This document shows positions 51,727 to 64,000 of a DNA stretch of 64,000 bases, piece after piece. The notes beneath the pieces were generated by a model. It did no database searches, had not been told where the DNA came from, and was given only the letters and a program-made list of their open reading frames with translations. How positions within the stretch are numbered: position 1 is the first letter of the stretch; each line of letters opens with the position of its first letter. Source of the DNA: Octopus sinensis (taxonomy: Eukaryota). The translations under genes were made by a program, and so were the position numbers. The stretch covers positions 33,418,001 to 33,482,000 of the forward strand of contig NC_043007.1 in assembly GCF_006345805.1 (NCBI RefSeq), read 5' to 3'.

Positions 51727-51852
51727 TTATATATAATTATAACAATAAGGGTTTTGCAACAAGTTGCTTGACCACATACCGAAAATTTGGCTGCTATTTC
51801 TAAAATTTTCCATATGTGGTCAAGCAACTTGTTGCAAAACTCTTAATGTTAT
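51727..51852. repeat. Fold-back inverted repeat between (TA)n tracts
   Basis: GTTTTGCAACAAGTTGCTTGACCACATA versus TATGTGGTCAAGCAACTTGTTGCAAAAC. Confidence 0.9.
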
Positions 51853-51871
51853 AAATATATATATATGTATA

Positions 51872-51949
<78 letters not shown>

Positions 51950-52470
51950 TTCTTGATTGCTAAATCCACAAGTTTTTTTTATTCACGCTCTGCTTATTTT
52001 CTCTTATTCCTTTCTGCTGAAGAGTGTAGGCTCGAAACGTAAAAGACTTTCTCACTCACCCGAGCATCAAACTAATACACCTGTTTGTTGTCCATACACC
52101 TGTCTTCATCATTTGTTTTACCTGAAAATTTCAACTATATATATATATATATATATATCACATCATCATCATTTAACATCCGCTTTCCATGCTAGCATGG
52201 GCTGGACGATTTGATTGAGGATTGGTGAACCAGATGACTGTGCCAGGCTCCAATCTTATCAGGCAGAATTTTTACAGCTGGATGCCCTTCCCAACACCAA
52301 CCACTCCGAGAGTGTAGTGGGTGCTTTTACATGCCACCGGCACGAGGGCCAGTCTGGCAGTACTGGCAATGGCCATGCTCAATATATATATATATATATA
52401 TACACATATATATACATGTGTGTGTTTGTATATATATGTATATATATATATATCTATATATATAAATAAG

Positions 52471-52504
<34 letters not shown>

Positions 52505-52805
52505 GGGAGATTTGTTATAGAAATAAGAATATACCATAAATAGGTATAAAAATGGAGAGGATATTGTTGCAACAGAAATAGAATAAATCTATTGTTTCAA
52601 CATTTTCCCTCCATTTTTTTTATACTCGTTTATGGTATATACTTATACCTGTAACTAATCTAATTTTGGGGTCGATTAAATAAGTACCAGTTATGCACTG
52701 GGGTTGATTTAATTGATTTAATCCCTTTGTCTGTCCTTGTTTGTTTCCTCTATGTTTAGCTCTCTTTCGGCAATAAAGAAATATGTATATACATATATGT
52801 ATATA

Positions 52806-52837
<32 letters not shown>

Positions 52838-53092
52838 GACACAAACATACACTCATACATGTATATATATTTATTGAGATCAAATTCAATTGTAAGCAAA
52901 GTCAAACAGTTTGGCACTGTGTAAATACTTTATTTAATTTCACTGCTATGAATTCAGAATGTCTGTGATTACAACAATTGCTCTGTGCCATACCAGTCTT
53001 GACTGGGTGTGTCTGATCTGTGTAAACATTACTAGTCAATAATACACTGCAGTCCTTCAGAAATGCCCATTATATACATCTGTACGTATAGC

Positions 53093-53130
<38 letters not shown>

Positions 53131-53372
53131 TGTGTTTGTGTTCCCGCATACGTAAGACAAGAAACACAACACAGGCTACACCATAATCTGTTGCCTGCTT
53201 TCAGAAAAGTCCTTTACATGTTTTCAGTATCTATACGTTCACACACGTTTACATACACACAGACATATACATGCATACATACATATGAACATACACATAC
53301 ATTCATATTTATATATATAATATATATATATATATATTATATATATATATAATATATATATATATATATGTA

Positions 53373-53412
<40 letters not shown>

Positions 53413-53591
53413 TGTGTTTGTGTTCCCGCATACGTAAGACAAGAAACACAACACAGGCTACACCATAATCTGTTGCCTGCTTTCAGAAAAGTCCTTTACA
53501 TGTTTTCAGTATCTATACGTTCACACACGTTTACATACACACAGACATATACATGCATACATACATATGAACATACACATACATTCATATT

Positions 53592-53625
<34 letters not shown>

Positions 53626-53660
53626 ATATAATATATATATATATATATGTATGTATGTGT
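53093..53660. repeat. Tandem duplication, period about 270 bp, bounded by (TG)/(TA) tracts
   Basis: GCGCGTGTGTTTGTGTTCCCGCATACG block occurs twice; ORF starts at 53098 and 53368. Confidence 0.95.
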
Positions 53661-55393
53661 GTGTGGTGTGTGTGTATAAAAAAAATGTCGTTTCCTTGGT
53701 TTTGTTTTTATGTTTTCATTTCTCATTGTGTTCAACGTTTTTTTTTTGGGTGTCCTGTACCCATATATGCATGTATATATACATATAGATGTAGGTACGT
53801 ACATATATGTATGTATATATGCATATATTTTATTTATTATTTTGTTATTATATATACACATGAAGGGGTGCTGAAAAGTTCCTGGCTTTAAGGGTATGGT
53901 GAAATGCCATGGTTGGAGGCCTTAACTTCGAAGTTCTTTTACAGGACTTAGAAAATACTGATGGACTGTTGCAATAAGTATGTGAATCTGAGAGGGGAAT
54001 GTGTTGAATAAAATCATAATTAACTGATTCTCCTGTATTTTCTTTTACCCAAAGCCAATACAAGGATCAAAGCAATGATATACTTATGCTCATTATATCC
54101 TCTGCATTACATAAGTCTCCTTACTGTCATTTAATCATAACCACACACACACTCACACGCATATATATATATATGTATTAACTCTACATGCATATACATC
54201 TATATATAAGAGCATATATATAAACTATATACATATACATTTACATGTATATATTTATGAGTCGTTGATATAGCTCTGATAAGAATAGGATGCAGGTGAA
54301 TTCCTCTTTACAGTATTTTGAAATGCATTACAGCATTTTGAGATATGCTATTCAGTTTGAAAATGTATGGAATCAATAAATCATGAATTAATCCCTATTC
54401 ATATGTTGTTTTTCTCTCAATGTTTACTGCCATGCACTGAATTTAAATTGAATTCATTTAGTGTTTGAACTTCTGGTTTACGAATTGAACTGGTGTCAGA
54501 AAGTGACTTCACACTCTATGTAGGTTATTGCAGAAGTCAGTGGAGAATTTAGTTAGCCAAATTTTGTACCCACTGAGTGCTTATTCACCTGGATTCTTTA
54601 ATCCAATTTTTCCTTCATGTACATATACATATTTGTATGTATGTTCACACATGTACACATATATATGCTTGTACATGCCTACATACATATATGTAATCAT
54701 ACATACACATTTAGTTATATTATACAGCTTTAATTTTTTAGCAGAGAAACTTCATTTTTACTAATTCAGTAGCACATCAGAAACTTAATATTTTAAAATC
54801 TGTAAATGCAGTTAAGTTATTTGAGAATATTTCTTTGTGATTCCAACATTTGGAATTAATTTGATACTTTGCAGACCGCAGTTTCAAATAAGAATTTTCA
54901 GCTATGATTTAAGCATGGGTGTAGCTGTGTGATAAAAAGTTTGTTTCCTTGTCACATAGTTCCAGGTTCAGTCCCACTGCATGTCATTTTTAGTGAGTGT
55001 CTTCACTAGAGCCTCAAACCAATCCAAACTTTGCTAGTATATCTGGTAGAATGAAAGTGAAAGTAGCTCATTGCTTATATTTGTATGTGTATGTGTATGT
55101 TACTGTCTCCTTTCCTTGACATCACGAAACAGTTGTAAACAAGTATCACCATCATGGTAGTGATGTCTTTGTTAAAATGCTTCTCTGAAAGCATGTCTGG
55201 TCATAGGGAAATATTACCTTATTTGGAAACAGATAAAATTGGCAACAGAGGCATCTGACTAGAAAATCTGTTTCAACAAATTCTATCAAATCCACATTTT
55301 GTATTGAAAATTGGACTTTAAAACAATGATGACAATGAAGATTCTTCAGTTTTAAGTCATTGAATTCATAACTGAAATATTTCTGCATCTTAC

Positions 55394-55433
55394 TTATGGC
55401 GAAAGAATCCTCTCCTGAACATCTATAGAATTC
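55394..55433 (-). CDS. Candidate 40-nt exon (phase 0-1) EFYRCSGEDSFAI
   Basis: Acceptor gctttttgctatccttgatcag, donor |gtaaga; phase-compatible with neighbouring candidates. Confidence 0.3.
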
Positions 55434-56560
55434 CTGATCAAGGATAGCAAAAAGCAGTGATATCATGAATCAAAGAGGACTCTAGCTGTGAGGCAAATAA
55501 TTCAGTTTTATGGATTTAATGTTTTAGCAAAAGAAATTGTACTGAATATTTTAACAACTAAAAACATTATGTTTTCAAACAAACCATTTGAATATTTTCA
55601 TTCAGAAAATTGCTGCTGTTAAGAATTAAATTTGTTCAAAGCATGGAATCACAAAGAAATATTTTGGAAAAAACAAAGCTTAACTGCATATACAGATTTT
55701 CCTTGTTGATATTTTAGATCTGTAAAAGATAACTATTCACTGTGTAATTGTATTTGCCTTTTACAGAATCCTCTTTGGATTTCTGGTCTCTTTGACACAC
55801 ACAAACATACATCATCATCATCATTATCTAGGTTGTCATCGTTGTTGTCGTCATCGTCATCATCATCATTTAACATCCCCTTTTCTATACTTGCATTGGC
55901 CAGATGGAATTTGTTACAGCAGATTTTCTGCTATTGGATGCTCCTCCTGTCACCAAACCAATAAGGTGACATTGGTAATGATCATGCTTGAATGGTGCCC
56001 TTTTACGTGCCACTGGTACAGAAGCCAGTTGGCTGCTCTGGCAACAATCATGCTTGGATGGTGCTCTTGGCACCCTACTAGCACAGGCAAAAGTGCCAGT
56101 GAGGCGACACTGGTAATGATCACGCTTGAATGGTGCCCTTTAAGTGCCACTGGCCCAGAAGCTGGTTAGCCGCTCTGTCAATGATCACGCTCGTATGGTG
56201 CTCTTTGCACCCTCCTAGCATGGACGCTAGTCATCGAATTTGAGTTTGATTTTGCTTAACATAATTGAAAGAAACACAGAATATCTCAAAATAAATATAG
56301 TAACGAAAGGGTTAAACAATGTGGATTGGCATTTCTTAAACAGAATAGCAGAACTGCAAACTGAGAATGAAGTACAAGCAACTTTTAGAACAGAAAAGCT
56401 CTGCACATTGAGTTGGAAATTGAGCACAAGAATTTAAGCTTTAAATTTAGTACAAAAACTTTAACCATTCAGCCATTTATATTCACCTAAAATAGCTAGA
56501 TGAAGAAATAAATAAACTATTGTAAAAATGGAAATCTTTAAAATCCTATTTTTGTCTTAC

Positions 56561-56808
56561 TTGATACCATGTTATTTTAAAGATAGAATGAAAACCAAAT
56601 TGCTCACAAGCACACAAGAGAAATAAAAAAAAAAGAGAGAAAATAACCGGCTTATTGGCAAACCAATGGAACATTCTCTTTTGGCAGACAAATGGTTCTT
56701 TTACAAGAATTTTCACTGTCAACTGTTCGAAAGAGTGTAAAATTAATTCTTTTGAGACGAAAGCTACCGATTCTTCTCCAGTGGAAGAAATGGAACCATT
56801 TTCACAAG
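56561..56808 (-). CDS. Candidate exon (phase 1-0), or a 42-nt exon 56561-56602
   Basis: Acceptor atatatttcttttag, donor CAA|gtaaga, open frame ending FKITWYQ. The plus-strand frames here are also open. Confidence 0.25.
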
Positions 56809-57457
56809 CTAAAAGAAATATATAAATACATAAGAGTAGGATCAATCTGTTTTAGAATATTTATAGCTATTTAGTTCCTGCCTCTTGAAAGTGAGATATT
56901 TTCATCAGGAATTTAAATAACAATTACTTTAGACATTAAACACAATAAAGGGGAAAATAAGATAAACACACATACATGTGTTTGTGTACACACCCACACA
57001 CCCACACACATATCTATATATATATACATATATATATGTGTGTGTGTGAATGTGTATATGAGTGTGCATATATATATTTATATGTGTAGTTATATGCATA
57101 TCTGTATATGTATATATGTGTGTATATTATATATGTACACACACAAACACACACACATGTATATATACATACACATATGAAGTAAATGCAGCTCTAGCGT
57201 AATAAATATTATCAAATACATATAATAATGTCTCTGCTTTGTGTATCTTCTGGTGGCTGCAATGGCATGGCAGAGTCCATAACTCTCATGCTGCCAGTGT
57301 TAAAACACCTTAGACTCATGGACAGGTGAGATGTGACTTACTTTCAACCTAGGTATGAGCATGATGTTGAAAAGCCACAAAAATGGGGAAACATCAATGT
57401 CCATCACTCCCAAATGGGATGGCAAGCAAGGTATCTTACCTGTCCATGACTCTAGGG

Positions 57458-59384
57458 CAGCGGTGGGCAGCCCTTGGCATGCATGCCAAACATAGCACAC
57501 CAATAACTTGTTTCTGGCAGGCAAAACCTTCTTTCTAGTAACCCTACATTTAACACCTTCCACTCAATAGTATATAGTGACTTTTAATTAATCATATGTA
57601 TTTTACATTACAGATTAGGCCTACCTTTATTTAATGATCTACTCCCTGACTCAGCCAGTGTTTTGGTTTCAGCCTCTGCAACTGGTATTCATTGACAAGC
57701 AACCGCCCCCCCCTACTTGTTCAAAATTTCTCTCGATGTGTGCTACAGCAGTGATGTATTCCTGCAGTGCTGACATCATGTGGGTTTGTAAACAGGTGTT
57801 TTTGCAGATTTTTGTGAACATTTTAAGGACTTGAATGTTAAATTACAGTGCTCTGGTAAAACACTTGATATTATGTTTGGTTACATAAAGGCTTTTGAAA
57901 TGAAACTAGAAGTTTTTAAGAGGAATATAGACAATGAGAGATTTAGATACTTCCCAAACCTAAAGAGTGCATCAAGAATCTCTCAAAAGATAATAGAACA
58001 GAGAGAGCACCAATGTCTTGAATGGATGTTTGTAAACATTATTGAGTCAATTGTTGAGCAGTTTTACAGTTCAGAGAACTGGAAACGACTGCAAAATCCA
58101 TGAAGTTTCCAGACATTATCAAACTGGAATAACTAAACCTACAAATGTTTCCATGGATAGACATGGTTAATTTTGAAATGCAGTTGACTGAATTTCAAAG
58201 TAGCTCAATTTGGAAGCAAAAATTTATTGACCTTAGAGTCGACTTAGAAAATATTGAAAAAAAAACAATTAGAGACAGGAGTACCAGAGAGGAGTGTGGA
58301 AAACAAATTTTTCCTAGTTTAAAAAACTTTGCAACAGCATTGATATCCATGTTTTCATCAACATGTGCTTGTGAATCCTTGTTCTCAGTGATGGACTTTG
58401 CTAAGCCTTGTAATAGGAATACCGTAAATCCTCGAGTATAATCCACATTTTTTTCCCGAAATTTAAAGGTCAAAATCCCTAGGGCGTAATATATACGAGG
58501 TTAAAAATGAAAAATATTTTCTAAGCAATGTCCGAGTCTCTATTTGCTGTCTGGCAATGTTTATTCAGACGCATTTTGTGATGTTGGGCACGAAAATACC
58601 TTAAGCTAAGCCTGAAAGCAATGAAGTTATAAAAGAATCTCATAACTTGCAGTAAGCAACATTTATTAAATGTTATTACTGTTATTTCTTTATTTTCTGC
58701 AAACAAAATGCACAGAAAGCTACACGTTTGCATAATGTTATATATACAATAATAATAAAGGATGTTACCGTATACATTTTTACAAACCAAGGACGTTATA
58801 TAGACCTCTTTGACTCAAGTTAGAGAAGAGGTGCGTATTATACACTAGGTTTAGGTTTTTCAGAGGTACAGCCCCCTAAAAATCCCCTGCGTGTTATACT
58901 CAAGGGCAGACTATACTCGACGATTTACGGTAAGTTGACAGATGAAACTAGTAGAGCATGCATATCTCTGTAAGTTACGAAGTATAAACTCGATATAAAA
59001 TCTCCATCATTACTGATGCAGCAGCAGAAATCCCAGTGATAATACTGTATATATATATGTATATCGAATGGAATCAGCAAGTTTTCCGTCAAACTGATAC
59101 TTATCTGACTGATATTTTCTTTTGAAAGTGGCAAAGGTTCAGTGTTGTTTAAATGTGACTTTGAAGATGAATAAATGCATTTTACAAGATTATATACTGT
59201 TTTATATATGTACTCTATGGTGATTTTTTTATCATTTATTAAAAAAGTTCTCAACATACACTTTCTTAAGAGACATCAAGTAGCCCAATATGTTCTCAAA
59301 AAATTTGGTTGCCATGTGGAAGAATTTTGTGTTAAAGATTTTGCCAGTTTTGGCATGCAGTCACAAAATGGTTGCCCACTCCTG
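57458..59384 (+). mobile_element. Internally deleted hAT (Charlie/SPIN-like) transposon with TIRs and 8-bp TSD
   Basis: Left CTCTAGGG|CAGCGGTGGGCAGCC; right GGTTGCCCACTCCTG|CTCTAAGC. Peptides HFKDLNVKLQCSGK..IKAFEMKLEVFK..FPSLKNFATALISMFSSTCACESLFSVM..NRNKLTDETSRACISL (dimerisation domain). Confidence 0.9.
58420..58932. mobile_element. pogo/Tigger-like MITE inserted at TA within the hAT ORF
   Basis: TACCGTAAATCCTCGAGTATA...TATACTCGACGATTTACGGTA. Removing it restores the frame AAT AGG AAT AAG TTG ACA GAT GAA. Confidence 0.9.
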
Positions 59385-59680
59385 CTCTAAGCTGTTATAA
59401 CACTGGTGACATGAGAGTTATATACTCCTCTATGCCTTTACAGCCACCAGAAAATACACAAGACATATACATTAGTATATGTATTTTATAATGATAATAA
59501 TAATATATATATATATAGGAGTGGCTGTGTGGTAAGTAGCTTGCTTATGAACCACATGGTTCTGGGTTCAGTCCCACTGCGTGGCACCTTGGGTAAGTGT
59601 CTTCTACTATAGCCTCGTGCAGACCGAAGCCTTGTGAGTGGATTTAGTAGATGGAAACTGAAAGAAGCCTGTCGTATATT

Positions 59681-59723
<43 letters not shown>

Positions 59724-60893
59724 ATATGTTTGTACATCAGTGTTTGTACCCCCCCTCAACATTGTGTGACAACCAATGCTAGTGTATTTACGTTTCCATA
59801 ACTTAGCAGTTTGGCAAAAGAGACCAATAGAATAAGTACTAGGCTTACAAAGAATAAATCCTGGGATCGATTTGCTAGACTACAGGCGGTGCTCTAGCAT
59901 GGCCGCAGTCAAATGACTGAAACAAGTCAAAGGTAAAAGAAAAGAAAGATACACTTTCTTAAGAGACATCAAATAGCCTAATATGTTCTCAAAACAATTT
60001 GGTTGCCATGTGGAAGAATTTTGTGTGAGAGATTTTGCCAGTTTTGGCAAGCAGTCTCAAAATGGTTGCCCACTCCTGCTCTAGAGAGTTATGTACTCCA
60101 CTATGCCTTTACAGCCACCGGAAAATACAGAATTTACTTGCTACTCGGGAATCTTGGATTAGCTGTGACGGAGAGAAAAGATACTGCTTAAAAAATTATT
60201 GGAAGCCTCTGAGGAAGTAAGCAATTGCATCTGGTTCAAGAGAGAGTGCCAGCGATGCAGTAAGAATGAGCATCAAGAGAAGAAGAAGCATTTGGTTCAG
60301 AGCCACAATATCTAACTCAGCTTGTACTTTTGTCATCTATATTGGTAGGTGGCCTTGGGTAACTCTTAACTTGTATGAGCAGACCATTTGTTTTCCACTG
60401 GCACAAGAGGCCAGGCAAAGCAAGTCCGCTGGGAAGCACAGGATTCTCTTTTGTATAGGCACCAAATCTGTCTCAAACTCTCCCTACAATCCAGACTTTG
60501 CTCGTTATGTTGTAGCGGAAGGTGTCAAAGTGCTTACAGAGCAGGTTCACTACCTGATGAGAGAGATCAAATCTTGCATTCAAAGACAGAGTATAGTAGC
60601 AACATCATCACACAAATGTTTGTCCAAAACACTCTTTGACAAGGATGTATTAAATCCAAAATACATTCGGTATTGCTCTCCATGTCCAGATTGTTGTTCC
60701 ATTCAATGTATTTTGCATTTCCATTTTAATTTAAGTAGAACTTCAGTGTATCAATCCACTGACAAAAAAAAAAATCTTTTGGTGATTTTGAATTTAAGCA
60801 TTGTGCAATAAGTTATGCTTATTTACTGCTATGTTAAATTTTCTCTGTCTCTGTCTGCTTGACTATCTCTCTGTTACTTCTTATTCTCATCCT

Positions 60894-61064
60894 TGGCGTT
60901 AGGAAGGGCATCTGGCATTAGGAAGGGCATCTGGCATTAGGAAGGGCATCTGGCGTTAGGAAGGGCATCTGGCGTTAGGAAGGGCATCTGGCGTTAGGAA
61001 GGGCATCTGGCGTTAGGAAGGGCATCTGGCGTTAGGAAGGGCATCTGACGTTAGGAAGGGCATC
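60894..61064 (+). repeat. Nine tandem 19-bp copies of the SINE core at a 5'-truncated SINE start
   Basis: Unit TGGCGTTAGGAAGGGCATC repeated 9 times, then CAGCTGTAGAAAC continues the SINE. Confidence 0.95.
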
Positions 61065-61686
61065 CAGCTGTAGAAACTCTGTTAGATCAGATTGGAGCCT
61101 GGTGCAGCCATCTGGTTTGCCTGTCCTCAGTCAAAATCGTCCAACCCATGCTAGCATGGACATGGACAGCGGACGCTAAACGATGATGATGATGATGATG
61201 ATGATGATTGCCTCTTTAATACATGAATAATCTTGATTGATTAATGTTATTATACCAGCAACAGTCTAAGCGTGTTAGTGATTACTTTTCAAGGCTAAGC
61301 TAAACTAATCACAAATTAAATTTCCAGAATTTTGAAGAAACTATTTTTCCTGCTAAATTCTACATTTTCGTTTTGTTAAAAGTTATTCCTTTTTTTTTTT
61401 TTTTTTTTTTTACATTTTATCATTTCCTCTTTTACTCTGGTGCTGCTTTCTCTGTTAGAATATGGTATCAGAAGTATTTCTTTGAAGTTATGACACCAAG
61501 CTGAATTGTCATGTACTTCCTTGCAATTTCCTACTTCCTCTTTCTGCTGCTGTGGTAAATTTTCTCTGTCTCTGTCTGTTTTCCTATCTCTCTCTCTCTC
61601 TCTCATCTCCTCTTATTCTCATCGTCTCTCTATCTTCCTCTCTCCTTACATGCATATATACAGGGAGAAAGAAATTATATATAAAT

Positions 61687-61721
<35 letters not shown>

Positions 61722-61906
61722 CAGACAGATAGATAGATAGATGATAGATAGATAGATAGATAGATATGTGTGTATGCATGTCCATGTGTATATATACATA
61801 AATATATGCATACACAAAGGCATACATACACGTCTATATACATAAAATTATCCCGTCTATATATAAGCAATGTGTATGTATACATGTGTGTTTGTGTGTG
61901 TATGCA

Positions 61907-61942
<36 letters not shown>

Positions 61943-62003
61943 CATTGAGTGAGAGAGAGAGAGAGAGACAAGGAGAGAAAGAGAGAAGGAGGGAAAGAGA
62001 TAA

Positions 62004-62138
<135 letters not shown>

Positions 62139-62347
62139 CAGATATGTATGTATGTCATTGTTCAGTTTTACTTCAGGTTTTCTTGCAAATAGCCAAAGAG
62201 TTGGTTTCTAACGTAGGGCCAAGGCTCCTTCATTGGTTTTCCAACAACATCAACAATGTATTTTTGCATTTATGTGCATAAATGTGCAGTATTTGGAGTC
62301 AATGCATGTGCAGATTTGTATGTTTTGTTTAAGTATGTATTCTCATG

Positions 62348-63319
62348 CATCTACCAAATCCACTCACAAGGCTTTGGTCGGCCCGGTGCTATAGTAGAAG
62401 ACACTTGCCCAAGGTGCTACACAGTGGGACTGAACCCAGAACCATGTAGTTGGTAAGCAAGCTACTTACCACACAGCCACTCCTGCGCTTATATATATAT
62501 ATATATGTAGAAAAATACAAACTGGGACAAGAACGCAAAACACTTAGAAGACGATACAAAAAACACAGACGGGACACTCGAAGCCCTCAATCTTCAGTCA
62601 AGATCCGGATCATCCTCGCAACTTTGGCTGATACACGCATATGTATGTGTGTGTTTATAGAATTTACAATATAGAGAATTTACAGATAGAGAAAGAACAA
62701 GAGGAAGAGCGAGGCACACATACACACATTCATGTGTGTGTTATGGCTCAAAACTGTGCAAACAAGGACAGAAAAATAGTATTAAATCTATATTACAGAG
62801 TTTTAACCTTTTTAGTGTAACCCAAAAACTTTATTGTTGTTCCAAGTTACATCTTTTGTTCAGGAGTGTATGTGTATGTACATTGGCAACTGGAGCATTA
62901 AGTTCACTTGTTTAATTACTACCAAGTTTACTTGTGTAATTATCAATACTAATTATACACAAGCTACACCTACTTCCTTAATAAGTGAGTCATTATCACT
63001 AATATTTTCTGATTTAAAATCGTGAAAAACCACATGACATACATGCTTGTAGTTGTATATATATAACAAAGAAATTATACAATAGAAGTAACGCTAGAGT
63101 ATACACATTAACACATTTACTTGTTTCAGTCATTTGACTGCGGCCATGCTGGAGCACTGCTTTTAGTCGAGCAAATCGACCCCAGGACTTATTCTTTGTA
63201 AGCCTACTTATTCTATCGGTCTCTTTTGCAGAACCGCTAAGTTACAGGGATGTAGACACACCAGTATCAGTTGTCAAGCGATGTTGGGGGACAAACACAG
63301 AAGACAAACACAAAGACAT

Positions 63320-63384
<65 letters not shown>

Positions 63385-64000
63385 TACATATATACGATGG
63401 GCTTCTTTCAGTTTCCGTCTACAAAATCCACTCACAAGGCTTTGGTCGGCCCAGTGCTATAGTAGAAGACACTTGCCCAAGGTGCTACACAGTGGGACTG
63501 AACCCAGAACCATGTAGTTGGTAAGCAAGCTACTTACCACACAGCCACTCCTGCGCTTATATATATATATATATGTAGAAAAATACAAACTGGGACAAGA
63601 ACGCAAAACACTTAGAAGACGATACAAAAAACACAGACGGGACACTCGAAGCCCTCAATCTTCAGTCAAGATCCGGATCATCCTCGCAACTTTGGCTGAT
63701 ACACGCATATGTATGTGTGTGTTTATAGAATTTACAATATAGAGAATTTACAGATAGAGAAAGAACAAGAGGAAGAGCGAGGCACACATACACACATTCA
63801 TGTGTGTGTTATGGCTCAAAACTGTGCAAACAAGGACAGAAAAATAGTATTAAATCTATATTACGGAGTTTTAACCTTTTTAGTGTAACCCAAAAACTTT
63901 ATTGTTGTTCCAAGTTACATCTTTTGTTCAGGAGTGTATGTGTAGTACATTGGCAACTGGAGCATTAAGTTCACTTGTTTAATTACTACCAAGTTTACTT
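62348..64000. repeat. Direct duplication, period 1068 bp, starting inside SINE sequence and running off the window end
   Basis: Identical ORFs at 62389/63457 and 62450/63518. Confidence 0.95.

Noticed and set aside
60894-61064. CRISPR-like appearance
   Set aside because: Contiguous repeats with no spacers; the unit is SINE sequence in a eukaryotic context.

Overview
AT-rich, microsatellite-saturated eukaryotic DNA. The SINE families and repeat landscape point to a coleoid cephalopod, probably Octopus (inference). It is almost entirely intronic or intergenic. I could not recognise any host protein-coding gene by homology; only unanchored candidate exons are offered. Recognisable content: decayed retroelements (Penelope-like elements with hammerhead ribozyme motifs, RTE, Tx1, Dong/R4, at least four SINE families), decayed DNA transposons (maT DD37D, Tc1, hAT/Charlie, pogo-like, mariner and piggyBac-like MITEs, a non-autonomous Helitron), and one U6 snRNA retrocopy fused to a retroelement 3' tail. 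The window also holds many fold-back hairpins set in (TA)n tracts, a 2.7-kb palindrome, several tandem duplications and a 4.6-kb trinucleotide mosaic. Most ORFs in the supplied track are translations of simple repeats. No rRNA, intact tRNA or CRISPR array was seen. The best leads are the U6-tail chimera, SINEs flanked by about 180-200 bp target duplications, the hammerhead motifs and the fold-back structures.
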